Below the pieces are notes generated by a model that saw only the letters and a program-made list of their open reading frames with translations, searched no databases and had not been told where the DNA came from. The position numbers and the translations under genes are program-made. From Promethearchaeota archaeon (GTDB taxonomy: Archaea; Asgardarchaeota; Lokiarchaeia; Sigyniarchaeales; SOKP01), in contig JAHPZA010000009.1 of the NCBI GenBank assembly GCA_019058445.1, positions 582,410 to 646,409 of the forward strand: 64,000 bases of DNA, written 5' to 3'. Of this stretch, positions 1-10,631 are shown one piece after another (positions within the stretch are counted from its first letter, which is position 1; each line of letters opens with the position of its first letter).

Positions 1-137
1 AGCACCTCAACCCACTCCAGCACCTCAACCCACTCCAGCACCTCAACCCACTCCAGCACCTCAACCCACTCCAATGCCTCAACCCACTCCAATGCCTCAA
101 CCCACTCCAGCACCTCAACCCATTCCAATGCCTCAAT
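1..137 (+). repeat. 18-bp tandem repeat (ccagcacctcaacccact) encoding (PAPQPT)n/(PMPQPT)n
   Basis: About 7 units visible from base 1, degenerating towards 137; the array runs off the left edge. Confidence 0.95.
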
Positions 138-1813
138 TGACGCCCCCTCCAACATTAAAACAACCTACACAACCAAGTACCCAATTTACGCAACCTACTC
201 CATCTACAGAACCTATTCCGGGACAAATTCCTTCTGTTCCAGAAGTACCCTTAGATCCGTACCCAAATAAAATTGATGTAAATATGTTACAATCTCAAAA
301 GAATGGGATAATTCTTAACCCAATGATTAATACTAATCTAGAAGGAGGAAGAGTGCAGCTAAGTTATACTACTTTACAACAATTGGGTTTAGGGCAAGGT
401 ATGCTCATTGCTTGGGAGGACCCTTTAACAAGGTCAATGGGTTCTGCCCGAGTAGATGCTGCTCAAATAGCAGACACTCAGATTGTAATGAGTAGAGATA
501 CGAAAGAAGACACAAATATTCATGCAGAACGTATAGTTGTATATTCTACGGAACCTCCAATCCAAAGGGCATCTGATATCATGTTAGAAGTTCAATCACA
601 GCCTAATTTAATGGGATACTGTCAAGTTTCTCCAAGAACGCAACATACAATTTCTATTCAAAATGAGGATGTTTTAGCATTCGAAGATGAGCTTACGGGA
701 GCGATTGGAGCAGGAAAAGTGAAAATTATGGAAACCGTTCCTGATAATGTAATAATTCTTGATAGTGAGATATTGGAGGCTTCAGGAATAGGAAGTTTTG
801 AAGTGAAAGTTTCCAAAAATCAAAGGCAAATAATTCCACTTCAGAGTATCTCATTAGGAGTGTCACCAATATCGGGAGAAAATATGTGGGAAATCATTAG
901 TGCGGCTCGCCAAAATGTTGGTTCATTAAAGGATTGGATTTCAAATTACATTATCTTTAAAGGAATTAAATTGAGATGGAACGCTGTAAATATCGCATGT
1001 TCAATTATAAATTGTGTCCCAGATCTAACGGGTGATATTTTAGCTCAAGTTACCCCTAACACTACATTAACATTAAGCCCAATTGGACTTATTCCTTTTA
1101 ACGCAATATTGATAATTGATATTAGTCGCTCTATGATGGCACGTGACGTACTAGTTAAAAACATTGCACCTGCTATAGAAGGAATCAAAGCTGCTATGGA
1201 ATCTCGAGAGATACAAGAATTTTTAAAACATTTCAAGGATGGAGTGAACATCCCGAGAAGAATTTCTGCCGCTTTTGCTGCTGTTCTCTTCTTAAGTGAG
1301 AAAGTTGGAAGAGGTTTTGGGGAGAAAGTCTCGGTGATACGCTTCGCAGACGAGGCACAAGTGCTTCCGTTTGGTGATTCCTACTATATGGATTCAGCAA
1401 GTGGTAAAAAGGGAGTCTTGGAAGACGCCGCTCGAATGATAGTAGATAGGATCGGAAATTCATATGGCCAAGCCACTAATATGGGCTCAGCTATGATACA
1501 AGCTCAATATATTTTAGCAGAATTTGAAAAATTAAGTCCGGATCAACCAACTATGATTGTACTATTAACTGATGGAATTCCCACAGACGGAGATGCCTTT
1601 TTTAATGCCATTAAAGGATTTAGTCAAAATCCTAATGTTGTTATCTATATTGTAGGACTTGGAAATCCAGATGATGAGCTCATGAACCAAGCATCAGTTC
1701 TATGTGGAGGAGAATATTTTAAACCAGAAGATGCAGGAGAATTGTTAATTTGGTATTCAAAACGAGCAAGAGATTTAACCGTAAAATTGAAAGCCCATAA
1801 AGAAGAAGTATAG
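2..1813 (+). CDS. 5'-partial protein: Pro-rich linker, CDC48-N-like beta-barrel domains, C-terminal vWA domain
   Basis: Frame is open from base 2. MIDAS motif DISRS and LLTDG are present. Two similar units (GRVQLS..WEDPLT..GSARV / GYCQVS..FEDELT..GAGKV) resemble the CDC48/VAT N domain. Confidence 0.75.
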   Translation, partial: APQPTPAPQPTPAPQPTPAPQPTPMPQPTPMPQPTPAPQPIPMPQLTPPPTLKQPTQPSTQFTQPTPSTEPIPGQIPSVPEVPLDPYPNKIDVNMLQSQKNGIILNPMINTNLEGGRVQLSYTTLQQLGLGQGMLIAWEDPLTRSMGSARVDAAQIADTQIVMSRDTKEDTNIHAERIVVYSTEPPIQRASDIMLEVQSQPNLMGYCQVSPRTQHTISIQNEDVLAFEDELTGAIGAGKVKIMETVPDNVIILDSEILEASGIGSFEVKVSKNQRQIIPLQSISLGVSPISGENMWEIISAARQNVGSLKDWISNYIIFKGIKLRWNAVNIACSIINCVPDLTGDILAQVTPNTTLTLSPIGLIPFNAILIIDISRSMMARDVLVKNIAPAIEGIKAAMESREIQEFLKHFKDGVNIPRRISAAFAAVLFLSEKVGRGFGEKVSVIRFADEAQVLPFGDSYYMDSASGKKGVLEDAARMIVDRIGNSYGQATNMGSAMIQAQYILAEFEKLSPDQPTMIVLLTDGIPTDGDAFFNAIKGFSQNPNVVIYIVGLGNPDDELMNQASVLCGGEYFKPEDAGELLIWYSKRARDLTVKLKAHKEEV

Positions 1814-2203
1814 TCTTTTTATTTTTTTTTGCTTGATCTAAATCAAGGAATTCCAATTTGGGAAGACAATTTAAAAAATCTATGCTCTCTCTCAACAATG
1901 AATCCTTGATGGTCATAAATTTCAGAGAAATTGCGAATATATTAAAGATCTTTGTCTAAATCACGCGCGATTCTTAAAAAAAATATTATAAACTATATCA
2001 TTCTCGCTCGAACCAGCTATAGCTCTACCAGAAGGACCAAAATAATAAATAATAGCAAAAACCTTCTTCAGGTGTTCTGACATTTATTAATATTTTATCA
2101 TCCAATCATCTTACCATCACTAAATTTTTCAACAGATCTACTTTTTTCTTTTAAATATAACTGGTGGTAACTATTTTCTAAAATAAAATTTTAAAAAGTA
2201 GGG

Positions 2204-3463
2204 TTGAGTGTTATGATTACTAAGCAAGTATCTAATCAAGTAACTTTATCTTCTAGCCAATTATTCGGCAATACTTTAGATGATTTTGTAAACTCTTTTC
2301 AGTTTAATAATCTATTTGAATTTAATATTAATAATGAAGTATATATTGATTTTGAGTTAGACAGAAAAAATAATACAAAAAAAGTCTGTCCAATTTTACG
2401 GATGGCAACTGCAGATGATGCGATGGATATAGTTCAGATATATGAAAATGTCTATGATGAGTATCCCTATAAAGAAATGTTAGATGTTGACGAGGTAAAA
2501 ATAATGATTTTAAATGAAAACATTAAATGGATTATGTTTTTAGACCGGAAAGGTGATACTATCGGATGTTTTACTTTTGTCATAGATTTAGAAACGAAAA
2601 GAGGTTATATACGGGGCCTTATGATGAAGCGTGAATATCAAGGTCAATTTGATGCTGTCAAGGCGACAATGGCTTCATTTTATGTGATCTGGACTATGTA
2701 TAAAGATAGGATCTATATTTGGCACGCAGAAGCCAGAACTGCTCATGCAAAATCACAATACGTTGCCGTAATTAGTTCATTGAAACCTATAGGATTTTTT
2801 CCCAATAAGGATCTCTTTAATAAGAAAGTAGAATCGGATTTATTTATGATTACTTACGATCAAAGGGCATTAAATGACTATCGGAATAAAAGAATTCCCA
2901 AAATAATTCCTCAAGCAGAAAATTCATTTTTCTATTCCACTCAGAGGCATAATCTTGGGGGATATGAATGTGTTGAACCGAAAATCGCTTTAAAAGATTC
3001 AGAACTTAGTAAAGCAAAGAAAAAATTATTAATAAAGATAGATAAAGACAATTTCGGATATGAGACAATCAAGTTCGAGATTGAAGGTTCACACTCTTAT
3101 TTTAAGTTCCTACATACCCCGATGGTCCACAATTTCGAAAAAACAGAATATCAAGTGGATTCTTTGGAAGAATTATATGTATTTATTGATGAATTTAAAA
3201 AATGTGCCTTTGACCTTGGAATAAGGTATTACGAGTGTTTTGTATCTGCGTATCACCCAGAGCACCAAAAGCTATTTTTCGATGCAGGATTGATTCCTCG
3301 AGGTTATGTTCCCTCGTGGGTTTATAATTACGATACTAATCAATTCGATGATTATATCATCTTTAATTCATATACAGGAGAGATTGATAACAATATCCGA
3401 CTAGTATCAGATGCCAAAGAATTGCTGTTTTCATTGGGGTATGAGATAGAAGATTCTTTATGA
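2204..3463 (+). CDS. GNAT-family N-acyltransferase-like protein
   Basis: LRMATADD start, GYIRGLMMKREYQGQ acyl-CoA-binding-like motif, second GNAT-like C-terminal half. Confidence 0.65.
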   Translation: MSVMITKQVSNQVTLSSSQLFGNTLDDFVNSFQFNNLFEFNINNEVYIDFELDRKNNTKKVCPILRMATADDAMDIVQIYENVYDEYPYKEMLDVDEVKIMILNENIKWIMFLDRKGDTIGCFTFVIDLETKRGYIRGLMMKREYQGQFDAVKATMASFYVIWTMYKDRIYIWHAEARTAHAKSQYVAVISSLKPIGFFPNKDLFNKKVESDLFMITYDQRALNDYRNKRIPKIIPQAENSFFYSTQRHNLGGYECVEPKIALKDSELSKAKKKLLIKIDKDNFGYETIKFEIEGSHSYFKFLHTPMVHNFEKTEYQVDSLEELYVFIDEFKKCAFDLGIRYYECFVSAYHPEHQKLFFDAGLIPRGYVPSWVYNYDTNQFDDYIIFNSYTGEIDNNIRLVSDAKELLFSLGYEIEDSL

Positions 3464-3626
3464 AAATTTTAGTTTGGAAATTAGGTTTAAAAATAATTTA
3501 ATCATATACAGTTCTTTTGCTTTAAGTTCAGTATTTTCTATTAGAAAAATAAAATGTAATTTATTAGATTTTTTCTTTAAATACCTTTGCAATAATGAAG
3601 TGCAAACAGTTTGGAGATGATAAAAA

Positions 3627-4799
3627 TTGGTTGAACTTGTGTCACTTGGAAACTCTTTCCCAGTTGAAATAATAGACTCCACAGATCGAAAAGAAATCAG
3701 AGAAGCCCTGTATCATATATTATTTGTTCCCAGTGATTCGCTAAAGCCTCATATCATTGACGAGATTATTTCATATTTAGAAAGAGCATTTTTAATTCGC
3801 TCTCATAGTATCAAAGTGTTTATTGCCTATAGCGGATTGAAAGTAGTGGGGTATGTTTCTGCTGAAATCCATCCTGGCTATACCAGTCGCAATCGAAAAT
3901 GTGCCACTTTTGGGTGGCTGCATGCCGCCAATTTTGAGGTTTGTCGCTTATTATTGGATGCATGCCAACAGTTTGCACGGAACCATAGCATAAGGTTAAT
4001 TCGAGGGAACGTAAATTTTCCTAAAGCAATTGGGGGGATTGGCATGCAAGAAAGTGGATTTGAAGAGCAAATACTTTATGGAGTAGCCTTTAGTGATCCT
4101 GAGTCTCAAATTCCCCAGTATTTAGAGAAATTAGGCTATAAACGAGATGCGGAATATGTGTGCATGGAAGTGACTCATAATACATGGGAAATGGGCAAAC
4201 AGCTTGATAAAAATATTAAAATTAGATATTTGACCCATAAAGAATTACGGGATCGAAAAGAAGAATTAAATGCAATGGCGCGAAATGTGTTTTATAGTGT
4301 GCTTCCGGACGCATTTGGAGAGGATAGATTTGAGGAAGTTATGGAACTTTTCGAACAAGTACCTCAATCCCATTATAAATTGCCTGATACGTTTAATCCT
4401 TATAAAATTTCACAACAATCGGAATTTTTAGAGGCTTGGGAATCGTGCAACCTTGAGAAGGTAAATACATTTGTGCACATCGCATTTACAAGAGACACGG
4501 ATAAGCTCGTAGGGGCCATATTTTGTCTGCCCGATAAATACCAACTTTTGCAAAATGAACCAATTACTCGAGTAAATGTAGATACGGTCATGGTCAAGAA
4601 AGGGTTTGGAGGAAAGGGAATATTTTCTTCGCTAAACAATATCGGACAATTGACCGGGAATATAAACGGTGTTACATATTATGAGGGTACAGGAATATGG
4701 ATGGTCAACGAAGATGCGGTAAGAACCATCTTGCCTCATGGGAGAATAAACAGACGATTTTTTGTATGGCAGAAACGACTGAAAAAACAAAACGTTTAA
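3627..4799 (+). CDS. Tandem GNAT-fold protein (YghO-like)
   Basis: VVGYVSA..ATFGW, YLEKLGY, VMVKKGFGGKGI. Confidence 0.65.
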   Translation: MVELVSLGNSFPVEIIDSTDRKEIREALYHILFVPSDSLKPHIIDEIISYLERAFLIRSHSIKVFIAYSGLKVVGYVSAEIHPGYTSRNRKCATFGWLHAANFEVCRLLLDACQQFARNHSIRLIRGNVNFPKAIGGIGMQESGFEEQILYGVAFSDPESQIPQYLEKLGYKRDAEYVCMEVTHNTWEMGKQLDKNIKIRYLTHKELRDRKEELNAMARNVFYSVLPDAFGEDRFEEVMELFEQVPQSHYKLPDTFNPYKISQQSEFLEAWESCNLEKVNTFVHIAFTRDTDKLVGAIFCLPDKYQLLQNEPITRVNVDTVMVKKGFGGKGIFSSLNNIGQLTGNINGVTYYEGTGIWMVNEDAVRTILPHGRINRRFFVWQKRLKKQNV

Positions 4800-4819
4800 G
4801 TCTATTTCTTTAATTTTTT

Positions 4820-4930
4820 TTAATATAAAAAAAGGGGAAAAGACAAATTTTTCTTCCTATGTGGCTGCCTGCGATATGATTCAAACCAATCATATTTAGG
4901 AGGAATTTTATTATATTTCATCGCTACCAT
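4820..4930 (-). CDS. Unannotated 36-aa ORF (MVAMKYNKIPPKYDWFESYRRQPHRKKNLSFPLFLY); small peptide or ThiF gene remnant
   Basis: Hand-translated; resembles the N-terminus of the ThiF protein at 7207-8055 and has a similar upstream TATA region. Confidence 0.4.
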   Translation of the reverse strand: MVAMKYNKIPPKYDWFESYRRQPHRKKNLSFPLFLY

Positions 4931-5078
4931 TTATAATTCCACGTTCTCAATTAAGGTATAATATCCTTTCTATGAAATATATAAAAAAAATTCTCGAGAC
5001 CTATTTTTTCCAGGTAAGGTTTTGGTGTAGTAATAAAATTCAATGATGGATATATCAATTAAGAAATTATTTTTTACT

Positions 5079-5831
5079 CTATTTTGGAACTTTTAATACC
5101 TTACAAATTAAGGTTGAAGGAATCATTTTAAATATTTCTTGATGCCCTTCCTTTTGAGGGATGACATCTCTTTCCAATGGTTTAGGCTCAAGTATATTTT
5201 CTATATTGAAGCCAATCCTGATTAATCCATTGATGATATCACTAATTTTTGATGCGTGAACTCTAAGATCTATTCCTGTAGACTCTACAAATGTCACTTC
5301 TTTTTCAAAATAGCTTACCGATATTTTAAGCTCCTTAAGATCAAGATCTTCTGCACCAAGAAGGTTGTAAATCGGGTGTTGCATACTAAATACGAAAATA
5401 CCATTCGGTTTTAAAATTCTATAAGCTTCCTTAAATGCCGTATTCAAATCTTGCATCCAATCTAATGCGAAAATAGATATTGCTATATCAAATATATCAT
5501 CATCAATCATTATTAAATTCTCTATATCACCTTCTATTAACTCAATTTTAACCTTATTTTCTATTATTAAATTTTTAGCACATTCCAATTGTTCTAAAGA
5601 TATATCAACTCCTGTACAAATACCTCCTTTCTTTGCTAAAGTAATAGAGTTTTCAGCGGCTCCACATCCTAATTCTATAATTCTTTTTTCTTCAACATCC
5701 CCAAGCAGATTAAGTTCAGACTCCCTTGCATAACCTAGAGCGTATTCAATATCATCAAATGCTAACTTTCTTTTCTTCTGATATTCTAATGTGATTAAAT
5801 TCCAATGTTCTTTAATGTTGTTTTTACTCAT
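5079..5831 (-). CDS. Class I SAM-dependent methyltransferase
   Basis: IIELGCGAA, GVDIS, RILKPNG. Confidence 0.9.
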   Translation of the reverse strand: MSKNNIKEHWNLITLEYQKKRKLAFDDIEYALGYARESELNLLGDVEEKRIIELGCGAAENSITLAKKGGICTGVDISLEQLECAKNLIIENKVKIELIEGDIENLIMIDDDIFDIAISIFALDWMQDLNTAFKEAYRILKPNGIFVFSMQHPIYNLLGAEDLDLKELKISVSYFEKEVTFVESTGIDLRVHASKISDIINGLIRIGFNIENILEPKPLERDVIPQKEGHQEIFKMIPSTLICKVLKVPK

Positions 5832-5981
5832 ACTGTAATTAATTTAAGTAATTTTATTAAATCTTTTTATAAAGTATAAGTAAAAATTCCAATCATCACT
5901 GAATTTTGCATTAACCCAGGTTTTTTCCTTTAAATAGATAGATAAGAATACACTCTAAATATAGAAAAAGACTAAAATATT

Positions 5982-7151
5982 ATGACAGAAATGAAGAATA
6001 TTTGTCAAAATTGTGTGATGCCTAATAATTTTCTTGGAGTCTCTTTAAATGAAAAGGGGATTTGCAACTTTTGCCAGGATCGGTCGTTTAAGACCAAAAA
6101 CTGGTGGAAAGTACAAATTAGTGATACCTCTCGCCACAAATCGCTCCAGGATTGGAATAATGTAGTAAAAACCATGCAAAAACATCATGTTACTCGGGAA
6201 TACGATTGTGTATTAGGCTATTCTGGCGGTAAGGATTCTACGGCCCTAGTAGATACCTTCGTCAATGAATACAATCTCAATCCGCTTTTAATAACCATTG
6301 ATACAGGATTTATGACTGAGGTGGCTAAGCAAAATATAAAAGATACGCTTACTAAGATGAAACTTTATGAAAATCATAGTATAATAGAGGAGGCAATTCC
6401 TGTTTTTACAAAACTCTATAGATTTTTCTTTTTTCATCACAACTCTCCAGATTTAGCCCTTACGGCAAAAATCTGTTGGGTATGTACCGATCTTATCCAT
6501 ACTATTTTAGTTAAAGAGGCCATCAAAAGACATATTCCATATGTTATCGTAGGATTTTCTCCGGATCAAATTAAACGTTACTTTTATGAAACCACTTTAG
6601 AAAATATTATAGAAGATGGCACCCCTGATGCCGAATTTAAAGAGGTATTGGATGAAATGGATTTACAGTGGTACCTCACAGAAAGCGAAAAAACCTCTAA
6701 CCACATCCCACGAGTGTTATATCCTTATCATGTCATCGAGTATGACGAGAACGAAATCATAAAACGCATTGAATCTAAAAGGCTAATCGAAAAAGGGAAG
6801 GGAGATCCAGTCATTACCAACTGCCATGTGGTAAAAGTCGCATTGATATATGATTTGTATCGCTATGGCGGGATACCCTATATTTTGCAATATGCCGAGT
6901 TAGTAAGACAGCAGAAAACTGAAGAAGAACGCAAGAAAAGCAGAAGAAAGTGGCTCCGGGTATATAACCAAGTCTCACGAGGAATTTTAAACGGAACCTT
7001 CAATGTTGAAGGTATAAAACTCTTTTTTAACAAGATTGATACTACCAAACAGGCGCTTTTGGATTCCATTATCGCACAGAGAAATAAAGATCCTAACAAG
7101 GAGCAAATTTTACGAAATATTGAGTTACTTCAGACTAAACGATTAAAATAA
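5982..7151 (+). CDS. N-type ATP pyrophosphatase (PP-loop; WbuX/N-acetyl-sugar amidotransferase-like)
   Basis: N-terminal CxxC..CxxC, YDCVLGYSGGKDS, CWVC. Confidence 0.8.
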   Translation: MTEMKNICQNCVMPNNFLGVSLNEKGICNFCQDRSFKTKNWWKVQISDTSRHKSLQDWNNVVKTMQKHHVTREYDCVLGYSGGKDSTALVDTFVNEYNLNPLLITIDTGFMTEVAKQNIKDTLTKMKLYENHSIIEEAIPVFTKLYRFFFFHHNSPDLALTAKICWVCTDLIHTILVKEAIKRHIPYVIVGFSPDQIKRYFYETTLENIIEDGTPDAEFKEVLDEMDLQWYLTESEKTSNHIPRVLYPYHVIEYDENEIIKRIESKRLIEKGKGDPVITNCHVVKVALIYDLYRYGGIPYILQYAELVRQQKTEEERKKSRRKWLRVYNQVSRGILNGTFNVEGIKLFFNKIDTTKQALLDSIIAQRNKDPNKEQILRNIELLQTKRLK

Positions 7152-7206
7152 GGAAGTTTTCCCTTTTTTCTCTTTTTTATAATTTTGTTTCTATATGAGA
7201 TTATAG

Positions 7207-8055
7207 CTAAGAAAAATTTATTTCTAATGGCTTATCTTTTATATAGTCATACCCAACCAGTTTAGGAGCAAGTATCATTTCCTTGACTTTAAGAATTCCC
7301 GCATAAATCACGGCAATCGCAAGATAGGAGGCATTTAATCTAATAATAGGAGCGATCGTCCTTCCAGGGACTTGTCCTGAAAGCATTTTGTCTACCATGC
7401 CAGGTTCCCTATTATAGGTAGATTTCAGCCCAGGTAGTTGAAATAATCGGGATATGAATTTTAAATTTGACTTTAATTCCTCCTGATTTAATTGTTGTAT
7501 CTGCTCCATTCTAAGTTCACTGGTAGTAAACCCATAACAATGTTCATACTCTATTGACTGAGGAGTAAACCACCAGGCAAACAGAAAGGGAATGCCCCAC
7601 GTTTCAAGCATCGGGATCTTCCTCGAGCGACATTCTCTTGCAATAAGAATGGATGCAATGGGATCATCGAGTGTTAAACATGCAATAGAAACATTATCTA
7701 ATATTAGTGAAATATTCTGGGGATTTACTTCATAGAATTTATGAATTCTGAGATTAGGATTGATTTTTAGAAGAAATTCCTCTAGCACATCAACCTTGAA
7801 TTTTCCAATGTCCTCTAAGGTACAAATTTGCCGGTTTAAATTCGTCCTATCAAACAGATCATTATCACAGATTATTATCCGTTCGCAACCCGCTCTTACA
7901 AGCTGCTCAGCTAGTGGTCCTCCGAGACCACCTGTCCCCATAACCGCAATCCACGTAGTCCGTAATTTTTCTTGATCTGCAATGGACATTAAACCGATAT
8001 TTCTTCCTATTTGCGCACTATAATGCTCAGGCCAGTGATATTTTGTTATAACCAT
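7207..8055 (-). CDS. ThiF/HesA-family adenylyltransferase
   Basis: RNIG..QEKL, GTGGLGG, DNDLFDRTNLNRQ; lacks the paired CxxC Zn motifs. Confidence 0.9.
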   Translation of the reverse strand: MVITKYHWPEHYSAQIGRNIGLMSIADQEKLRTTWIAVMGTGGLGGPLAEQLVRAGCERIIICDNDLFDRTNLNRQICTLEDIGKFKVDVLEEFLLKINPNLRIHKFYEVNPQNISLILDNVSIACLTLDDPIASILIARECRSRKIPMLETWGIPFLFAWWFTPQSIEYEHCYGFTTSELRMEQIQQLNQEELKSNLKFISRLFQLPGLKSTYNREPGMVDKMLSGQVPGRTIAPIIRLNASYLAIAVIYAGILKVKEMILAPKLVGYDYIKDKPLEINFS

Positions 8056-8206
8056 CTATCATCACACATATTATTCTGGCTTTTATAACTCAATATTTGA
8101 GATATTTATAAAGAAAAAATCTCAAAAAGTGAGGTTTTCTTTTTTCTTTCTTATTAGAAGATGAAGTTTATTGAATAACCTTTAGAGAAAAAGTCTTAAA
8201 AATGTA

Positions 8207-9922
8207 TTATTTTGTATAATTTCCTGATTCAATAACTGTTTCTGGCAAAAATCGGGAAAAATCTTCAAGATTTTCCATTAAATCATTTATCTCGTCTGGA
8301 TCCACTGCCCAGAACGATACCGTATCATCACCACAAACTACATTATATTTTAATTCCCATTCCCCAACCTTCGTCCATTGTGAGGGAATATCATAACCAT
8401 AGTCTTTATCCTCGTATATAATTGCTATTACACAATCATGTCTTTTTGCTGCTTCATACACAAATTCCTCATCCAATTCATCATTTACAATAGCTCTTGC
8501 AACATCATCACTTCCAAGCCCTCTTAAATCCAAGCATTCGATATCTGCCAGATAATTTACCGCACCGATATCATTTAAAGCAATACATTCTCCTTCATAA
8601 TACTTTTGCAAGAACAATCCCATGTGATATTGTTGCTCGTAGATATTATTTGTTGCTTGAGGGGTCCTTCTTATTAAGTAGATGCTTCGCGGAACAAACG
8701 TATAAAAAAGGAAAAAGAAAATGACACAACTCGTTATTAATTGTATCTTAAAAAGTTTAGAATTATTTTTTACTTTTAAAGCATAACTTTCTAACTTGGT
8801 AATTGATATACCTTGAGGAATATATTCAATTATGTACAGAAATATTGTAATTATTCCTAAGGCAATTAAATATCCTTCATATCGAGATAAATTTTGATTT
8901 TCATACGCAGCACCAATTAAAAGCAAATGAAGACAACTCACAATTACAAACGTTATGGCAAATATTGATTCTAATCTCCATATATCTTTTTTAACAAATT
9001 TATTTAATGATAAGAAAAAAATAGCCCCAATAATAAGAAATAAAATATTTGGATTTTTAATAAATGCCTTATATTCTAAAGTTTCCAACACACTCCATAT
9101 ATCTGTATAGGATTGAAGATTTCCTTTTAAAACGACAGGATTAGGGAAAAAATACCAACCATAACTCATAGAGATCAATCCAAATATAATAATAGGAAGA
9201 AATCCTAACAAGATTACTAACCCAGAGTAGAAAATTTTTCTTCTAACCAAAAATAACAAGGAAATTATAAAGATAAAGAACATCCCCTCAAAACGAATCA
9301 TTGTTACTAAGGGGATAATTAAGAAAAAGAATTTATCTTGAATGATAAGTGAGTCTTTTTGTTTTGAAATTATTTGTCTATATTGAATATTTTCATCAAT
9401 AAGGATAATAGAAGCTAAATAGACAAACATTAAGTTAATGAGAATTTGTATAATATGTTCCATACCTGTAAATATCAAAAAGGGAATAGGTATGAAAAAA
9501 ATTAATAAAATTAATGCCAGTAGAATAGCATATGAAGGAAGCCCATTTTTTTTTAATATAAAATGAATGAAAATGATTAGAAGATTAGCAAAGATTAAGT
9601 TAATTATAAGAGGAACAATCTCATTAGGACCAAATAAGAAAATGAGGGATAAAAGCAATGAATAAAGAATTGAAGAAGATGATGAAGAAAATTCATATCG
9701 AGTTACCCCCCATACCCCTTTCTGTGAAAAATTTTTTGCTATTGCCATGTGAATATAGGCATCGTCTAACGCATAAACAATTTTTCCATCATTAAGATTG
9801 AGTGAAATAATTAGCATTATGATGAAAGTTATCCAAAATACAATTAATCCCGCCAATAATTCCCTATTTTCTCTGATCCATTCAATTAATGCTTTTTTGT
9901 TTTTTATCCGTGATGTAATCAT
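8207..9922 (-). CDS. Polytopic membrane glycosyltransferase (GT-C-like)
   Basis: DDAYI motif after the first TM helix, GME and RFEG motifs, many TM segments. Confidence 0.7.
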   Translation of the reverse strand: MITSRIKNKKALIEWIRENRELLAGLIVFWITFIIMLIISLNLNDGKIVYALDDAYIHMAIAKNFSQKGVWGVTRYEFSSSSSSILYSLLLSLIFLFGPNEIVPLIINLIFANLLIIFIHFILKKNGLPSYAILLALILLIFFIPIPFLIFTGMEHIIQILINLMFVYLASIILIDENIQYRQIISKQKDSLIIQDKFFFLIIPLVTMIRFEGMFFIFIISLLFLVRRKIFYSGLVILLGFLPIIIFGLISMSYGWYFFPNPVVLKGNLQSYTDIWSVLETLEYKAFIKNPNILFLIIGAIFFLSLNKFVKKDIWRLESIFAITFVIVSCLHLLLIGAAYENQNLSRYEGYLIALGIITIFLYIIEYIPQGISITKLESYALKVKNNSKLFKIQLITSCVIFFFLFYTFVPRSIYLIRRTPQATNNIYEQQYHMGLFLQKYYEGECIALNDIGAVNYLADIECLDLRGLGSDDVARAIVNDELDEEFVYEAAKRHDCVIAIIYEDKDYGYDIPSQWTKVGEWELKYNVVCGDDTVSFWAVDPDEINDLMENLEDFSRFLPETVIESGNYTK

Positions 9923-10071
9923 TTCATTGTATATTGTATTTCTTGTTAATAAAAAGGTTGTTCATTATTCAATAAAAACTTTAGAGTTTTCAGTAATTAA
10001 TTTCCTATTAATTTATATATTTAATCGTTTTAATAATTATTATAAAAAATCTCGACAAATTCGTAATTGTA

Positions 10072-10488
10072 GTGCGAATAGAAATGAAAGAAGTGAGAAT
10101 TTTAACATTAGATAATCGAGGACGAATCGTAATTCCAAAACTTATTCGAAAGAGCTTAGGAATCACTAGCAGATCTCAGTTAATGATGGTTGCAGATAGC
10201 GAAACAAAGGAAATTAAGATTGTTCCCATGGGCCTAGGAAGTGAGAGCGTTAAATATAAAATATTAATGAAAGATCAAGTAGGGGCATTAGCTAAGATCC
10301 TTTCAGTCTTTGGAACTCGTGGGATTTCACTCGTGTATGAAGAAACAATTGTTGTCGCGAAAGATGAAACAGCAATTTGCACACTTATAGGACCTTCACC
10401 TTCACCAGAGATAGATTTAGAAATATTTAAACAAATTTTAAAGGATGAAGGAGAAGCACTGGAAGTTGAGATAATTCCATTGGAATAA
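10072..10488 (+). CDS. AbrB/SpoVT DNA-binding domain plus ACT domain regulator
   Basis: LDNRGRIVIPKLIRKSLGI; DQVGALAKI (ACT). Confidence 0.85.
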   Translation: MRIEMKEVRILTLDNRGRIVIPKLIRKSLGITSRSQLMMVADSETKEIKIVPMGLGSESVKYKILMKDQVGALAKILSVFGTRGISLVYEETIVVAKDETAICTLIGPSPSPEIDLEIFKQILKDEGEALEVEIIPLE

Positions 10489-10631
10489 TACAATAGGAAT
10501 TCTAATTAAGTCAGAAATCTTAGTAAAATAATCTTTAAATTAATTTGTAATATCCAATTTAAACAGATTTATAAAATAAATTTATAAACCAATTGTACTA
10601 TTAGAAATATAAGTTTATAATAAAAAAAAGC

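Noticed and set aside
1-137. CRISPR array
   Set aside because: Head-to-tail 18-bp coding repeat with no spacers.
4820-4930. Microcin C precursor
   Set aside because: It does not end in Asn, and it resembles the ThiF N-terminus instead.
7207-8055. Ubiquitin/SAMP E1 or MoeB
   Set aside because: It lacks the Zn-binding CxxC pairs, and no ubiquitin-like, E2 or JAB gene is nearby.
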